From assembly GCA_963826115.1 (NCBI GenBank), contig CAWGVS010000005.1, positions 1,440,001 through 1,504,000 of the forward strand: a DNA stretch of 64,000 nt. Reading direction: 5' to 3'. The position numbers were made by a program, and so were the translations under genes. Origin of the DNA: an uncultured Candidatus Rokubacteria bacterium. Lineage in GTDB: Bacteria > Methylomirabilota > Methylomirabilia > Rokubacteriales > DASRDR01. Below the pieces are notes generated by a model, which was given only the letters and a program-made list of their open reading frames with translations, was not told the DNA's origin and did no database searches. Below are positions 58,730 through 64,000 of this stretch, one piece after another. Position 1 is the stretch's first letter. Every line of letters starts with the position of its first letter.

Positions 58730-59791
58730 TCAGCCGAGGAACGTCAGCCAGCGCTTCTGGACCGCGTCGATGTTCTTGGCCCACCAGACGGCGTCGACCT
58801 GGAACTGCCGCTCCACGTTGCCGGGCGCCGTGGGCAGGAGCGCGAGGGTTTCCTTCGACATCTTCTGGTAGGCGAGCCGGTTCGGCACGCCGTACGGGAA
58901 CTGCTCGGCGAACTGCGCCTCGGGCTCCGCGCGGGCGTAGTGGGCCATGAGCCGCATGGCGGCGTCACGGTTCTTCGACCCCTTGGGCACGATCCAGAAG
59001 GACTGCATCCACGCGCCCTGGTCGAACGTCCAGTCGACGTCGGCGCCGGCCTTCTTCAGGTCGATGAGCCGCCCGCTGAACCCCTCGATCAGCTCGACCT
59101 CGCCCCCGCGGAGCAACGTCTGGATCTGCGCCGGGCTCTTGTACCAGACGTTGACGACGTCCTTCCGGCTCTCGAGGAAGCGGAAGGCGCGGTCCACGTC
59201 GAGGGGGTAGAGCCCGCCCGGCGCCACGCCGTCCGCGATGAGGGCGAACTCGAGGACGCCGACCGGCTGGCCGTACATCGCGCGCCGGCCCGGGAAGGCC
59301 TTCGCGTCGAAGAAGTCCTTCCACCCGCGGGGCTGACGCCCGGCCGGGAATTTCTGGCTGTTCCAACCGAGCGAGTAGGCGTAGGCCACGGAGCCGATGC
59401 CCCAGTCGCTCGCCGCCGTCGGGAGAAGGTCGCCGCGCGGGATCACGGAGTAATCCGCGCGCTCGAGCATGTCGTCCGCGGCCAGGCGCAGCATCATCTG
59501 CCCCTCGGCGTCGACCAGGTCCCACTCGACGGCGCGGGCCTGGACCATGGAGCGGATCTTGGCGATGTCCGGCACGCCCACCGTCCGAACCCGGATACCG
59601 GTCTCACGCTCGAACGGATCGTAGAAGAGCTTCCGCTGCGCCTCGCTGTAGGTGCCGCCCCAGGTGCACACGACGACCTCGCCGGCCTGCGCCCTCGCCC
59701 GCCGCGGCGCCGCCGCGAAGCCCGCCGCCGACGCCGCGACCCCGATCGCGCGGCCGAGGAAGTCCCGCCGCCCGATTCCCGTTCCCGCCAT
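58730..59791 (-). CDS. Polyamine-type ABC substrate-binding protein with Tat signal
   Basis: RRDFL twin-arginine motif, TWGG, LYPLDVDRAF; GGAGGAG RBS. Confidence 0.9.
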   Translation of the reverse strand: MAGTGIGRRDFLGRAIGVAASAAGFAAAPRRARAQAGEVVVCTWGGTYSEAQRKLFYDPFERETGIRVRTVGVPDIAKIRSMVQARAVEWDLVDAEGQMMLRLAADDMLERADYSVIPRGDLLPTAASDWGIGSVAYAYSLGWNSQKFPAGRQPRGWKDFFDAKAFPGRRAMYGQPVGVLEFALIADGVAPGGLYPLDVDRAFRFLESRKDVVNVWYKSPAQIQTLLRGGEVELIEGFSGRLIDLKKAGADVDWTFDQGAWMQSFWIVPKGSKNRDAAMRLMAHYARAEPEAQFAEQFPYGVPNRLAYQKMSKETLALLPTAPGNVERQFQVDAVWWAKNIDAVQKRWLTFLG

Positions 59792-59936
59792 GATCCTTCG
59801 CTCCTCCGCCATGTGGACCTCCGCTCGCGTCCGCATTCTGTCGCGCTCGGTCAGCCTAGCACAGGCGTGCGGTCCCGCCGTACTCGCCGGTGCCATTGGC
59901 TGACACCGCCGCGCGGGGATTGGCGGCCGCGACGCC

Positions 59937-60935
59937 TCAGGGAGACCGCGCCCCGGCGAGGCGCGGGCGGATGATCCGGCGGAACGCCTCGATCTCGGGC
60001 TCCGGCATGTCGTAGCCGCCCGCGAGGGTGTGGGACGGGAAGAGGAACACGTGGTCCACTCCGGCCTCCTCGCTCGCGCGAAGAAGGCGATCGGCGCAGC
60101 GCTCGGGCGAGCCGAAGAGGCCGAACGCGTCCTCGATGTCCGCGGCAAGCCCGTCCGAGATCGCCTCGGGCACGGGCGACTCCGGCACCGGCAGGCCCGC
60201 GGCGCGGAGCCAGTAGAGATTCGAGGCGCTCGGGTAGGTCAGCCACGGGTGCCCGGGGGCGAACCACGCGCGGGGCCAGCGGAACGCGGGCACGCCGTCT
60301 CCGTCGAGGCCAATGGTCACGATGAACGCCGTCCGGAATCCGGCGAGGGACCGGCCGGCGCGGCGGGCGCCCGCCTCGAGATGACGGCGCGCCGCGGCCA
60401 CCGCATCCCGGTGGAGCCCGACCATGAGGAAGGCGCCGTCCGCCACCTCGCCGGCCAGCTCGACCATCCGCGGGCCCGCGGCGAGGAGGTAGACCGGAGG
60501 CGGCGGCGAGCCGAGGTTCCGCAGCCGGCTCGGCGGGTCGCCGAAGGCGACGGACTCGCCGGCGAGCAGGCGCCGGAGTCCCAGCACCGCTTCGCGCATC
60601 GCCGCCACGGTCGCGCGGGGCTGCCCGACGCTGCGCGCCGACAGGAAGCCCGGGGCGATCGTCAGGGCCACGCGCCCGGGGGCGAGCTCGTCGAGGCTGT
60701 GGGCGAGCGACGCCAGCAGCACCGGGTGGCGGACCACGGGGCTCGACGTCGCCGGGTAGAGGTGCAGCCGCCGCGTCCGCTCGGCGGCCAGCGCGAGGAC
60801 GAGGTACGCGTCGCGCCCGCTGTGCGGATGGTCGTGGACGCCGACGCCGTCGAAGCCGGCGTCCTCGCACCGCGCGATGACGGCCGCGACCTCCGGAATG
60901 GGGCGGCCGACGGGGACCCGGATGTCGATCCGCAT
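59937..60935 (-). CDS. LLM-class flavin-dependent oxidoreductase
   Basis: AGFD, RHPVLLA, AAGPRMVELAGEVADG. Confidence 0.88.
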   Translation of the reverse strand: MRIDIRVPVGRPIPEVAAVIARCEDAGFDGVGVHDHPHSGRDAYLVLALAAERTRRLHLYPATSSPVVRHPVLLASLAHSLDELAPGRVALTIAPGFLSARSVGQPRATVAAMREAVLGLRRLLAGESVAFGDPPSRLRNLGSPPPPVYLLAAGPRMVELAGEVADGAFLMVGLHRDAVAAARRHLEAGARRAGRSLAGFRTAFIVTIGLDGDGVPAFRWPRAWFAPGHPWLTYPSASNLYWLRAAGLPVPESPVPEAISDGLAADIEDAFGLFGSPERCADRLLRASEEAGVDHVFLFPSHTLAGGYDMPEPEIEAFRRIIRPRLAGARSP

Positions 60936-60956
60936 CAGTCGGGCGTCGCCCGCGCC

Positions 60957-62135
<1,179 letters not shown>

Positions 62136-62154
62136 CCCCTCCCGTGGGAGCCGC

Positions 62155-62598
62155 ATGAGTGCCCAGCGACCGACCGACGTCGTCACGCTCTCCTGGCAGG
62201 GAAGCCTCCGCTTCGAGACGCGCGCCGGGGACCATACCCTCACCCTCGACAGCGAACGGCAGGCCGGGGTGTCCCCGACCCAGGCGCTCGCCGTGAGCCT
62301 CGCGGGGTGCATGGCGATCGACGTCGTCGACATCCTCCAGAAGGGGCGCTTCGCGCTGGCCGGCCTCGAGGCGCGCCTCGAGAGCGAGCGCCGGGCCGAG
62401 CCGCCGCGCTACGTCACGCGGGTGGCGCTCCATTTCGTCGTGCGGGGCGACGTCCCGGCGGACCGGGTCGAGCGGGCGATCGATCTGTCCCGGGAGCGAT
62501 ACTGCTCGGTGTGGCACAGCCTCCGGCAGGACGTCGACTTCCGGACCTCCTTCGAGATCGCGCCGGCCGCCCACAGCGATGACGTCCCCGACCGCTGA
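62155..62598 (+). CDS. OsmC family protein
   Basis: GVSP, LAGCMAID, RYCSV (both Cys present). Confidence 0.88.
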   Translation: MSAQRPTDVVTLSWQGSLRFETRAGDHTLTLDSERQAGVSPTQALAVSLAGCMAIDVVDILQKGRFALAGLEARLESERRAEPPRYVTRVALHFVVRGDVPADRVERAIDLSRERYCSVWHSLRQDVDFRTSFEIAPAAHSDDVPDR

Positions 62599-63406
62599 CC
62601 CGACGGCGTTTCACGCCTTCGAGCGGGCAGGCTGGGAGGCCATCCCCGGCGCCTACCAGGACGCCTTCGGCACCCTGACGGTCCAGGCCGTCGAGCCCCT
62701 CCTCGATGCGGCCCGCGTGGGCCGGGACACGCGCGTGCTCGACGTGGCGACGGGACCCGGCTACGTGGCCGGCGCGGCCGCCCGGCGCGGCGCCTCGGTC
62801 GTCGGCGTCGACTTCTCCGAGGGGATGCTCGGCGAGGCCCGCCGCCATCATCCCGCCATCGACTTCCGGACGGGCGACGCGCAGGCGCTCCCCTTCCCCG
62901 ACGCCGCCTTCGACGCCGTCGTCATGAGCTTCGGCCTCCTCCACCTCGCCCGCCCCGACCAGGCGCTCGGGGAGGCGCACCGCGTGCTGCGCCCCGGCGG
63001 CCGCGTCGGGTTCACGGTCTGGGCGAGGCCCGAGGAGGCCGTCGCCTTCGACATCGTGCTCCGCGCCGTCGAGCGCCACGGCCGTCTCGACGTGCCGCTC
63101 CCGGCGGGCCCGCCCTTCTTCCGCTTCAGCGACGCGGAGGAGTCACGCCGCGTGTTGCGGGGTCTCGGGTTCGAGGCGCCGGAGGTCACGGTCGTGCCGC
63201 AGGTCTGGCGGCTCCGCTCGGTCGACACCCTCTTCGAGCTCATGCGCGAGGGTACGGTGCGGACGGCGGGACTGCTCCGCGCGCAGACGCCCGCCGCGCT
63301 GGAGGCGATCCGCGCCGATGTGCGGGAGTCGGTTCGGGCCTATCAGCGGGGCGGGGGCGTCGAGCTGCCGATGCCCGCCGTCCTGTCCTCGGCCGCCAAG
63401 CCCTGA
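62579..63406 (+). CDS. Class I SAM-dependent methyltransferase
   Basis: LDVATGPG, GDAQALPF, RVLRPGG. Confidence 0.92.
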   Translation: MTSPTADPTAFHAFERAGWEAIPGAYQDAFGTLTVQAVEPLLDAARVGRDTRVLDVATGPGYVAGAAARRGASVVGVDFSEGMLGEARRHHPAIDFRTGDAQALPFPDAAFDAVVMSFGLLHLARPDQALGEAHRVLRPGGRVGFTVWARPEEAVAFDIVLRAVERHGRLDVPLPAGPPFFRFSDAEESRRVLRGLGFEAPEVTVVPQVWRLRSVDTLFELMREGTVRTAGLLRAQTPAALEAIRADVRESVRAYQRGGGVELPMPAVLSSAAKP

Positions 63407-63427
63407 CGCGGGGAGGGCCCGGCGGGA

Positions 63428-64000
63428 TCAGCCCGCCACGCGGCGGACGATCTGCTCGCGGTGGTAGTCCGCGTCGCCCCAGGTCGCCTCGAGGGCCTTC
63501 GCGCGCTTCACGTAGAGGTGGAGGTCGTACTCCCACGTGAAGCCGATCCCGCCGTGCACCTGGATCGCCTCGCCGCAGACCTTCCGCGCCGCGTCTCCGA
63601 CGTACGCCTTCGCCACGGAGGCGGCGAGCTCGGCGTCCTCGGCGAGGGCGTCCTGGGCCCAGGCCGCGTAGTAGGTCGCCGCGTGCGCGTTCTCGACCTC
63701 GAGGAGCATCTCGGCCAGCCGGTGGCGGATCGCCTGGAATGAGCCGATGGGCTGGCCGAACTGCTCGCGCACCTTCGCGTACTCGACCGACATCTCGAGG
63801 CACCGGCGGGCCGCGCCGAGCATGGTCGCGGCCGCCCCCACCGCGCCCCAGCGGAGGAGCCCCGCGAGGAGCGGGGTCGCCTCTCCCGGCCCGCCGACAC
63901 GCGCCTCGTGGCGGACCGGGACGCCGTCGAGCCGGACGGTGGCCCAGCGCATGCCGGGGTCCATCACCGGCACCGGGGCGACGTGGAGCCCCTCCGCTCC
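63428..64000 (-). CDS. Acyl-CoA dehydrogenase family protein (5'-partial)
   Basis: [26 protein letters not shown]. Confidence 0.92.
   Translation of the reverse strand, partial: GAEGLHVAPVPVMDPGMRWATVRLDGVPVRHEARVGGPGEATPLLAGLLRWGAVGAAATMLGAARRCLEMSVEYAKVREQFGQPIGSFQAIRHRLAEMLLEVENAHAATYYAAWAQDALAEDAELAASVAKAYVGDAARKVCGEAIQVHGGIGFTWEYDLHLYVKRAKALEATWGDADYHREQIVRRVAG

Overview
Very GC-rich (visually >70%) bacterial chromosomal window. Gene content and codon style resemble Candidatus Rokubacteria/Methylomirabilota (inference only). About 55 real CDS sit under many spurious GC-shadow ORFs. Most genes are for uptake and catabolism of small organics: three ABC importers, amidohydrolases, PLP enzymes, hydantoinase/oxoprolinase A/B, an enolase-superfamily enzyme, a P450 and flavin oxidoreductases. 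There is also a MoxR-DUF58-transglutaminase module and a UPF0182 membrane protein. I saw no rRNA, tRNA, CRISPR, transposase or prophage. Most notable: (1) a trans-envelope signalling locus of a CHASE2 class III cyclase with a non-canonical Asp/Arg base-specificity pair, a FecR-TPR-beta-barrel protein and a small Cys-hairpin lipoprotein; (2) a leader ORF ending in an RSPP arrest-like motif upstream of UPF0182; (3) a 24-bp repeat expansion that knocks a dehydrogenase start codon out of frame; (4) a 144-bp tandem repeat tail on an RluA-family enzyme; (5) an HtpX-like protein lacking its zinc motif; (6) an orphan 3' remnant of an ABC binding-protein gene; (7) two single-base frameshifts that may be assembly errors. 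All calls come from reading motifs by eye, with no database searches.
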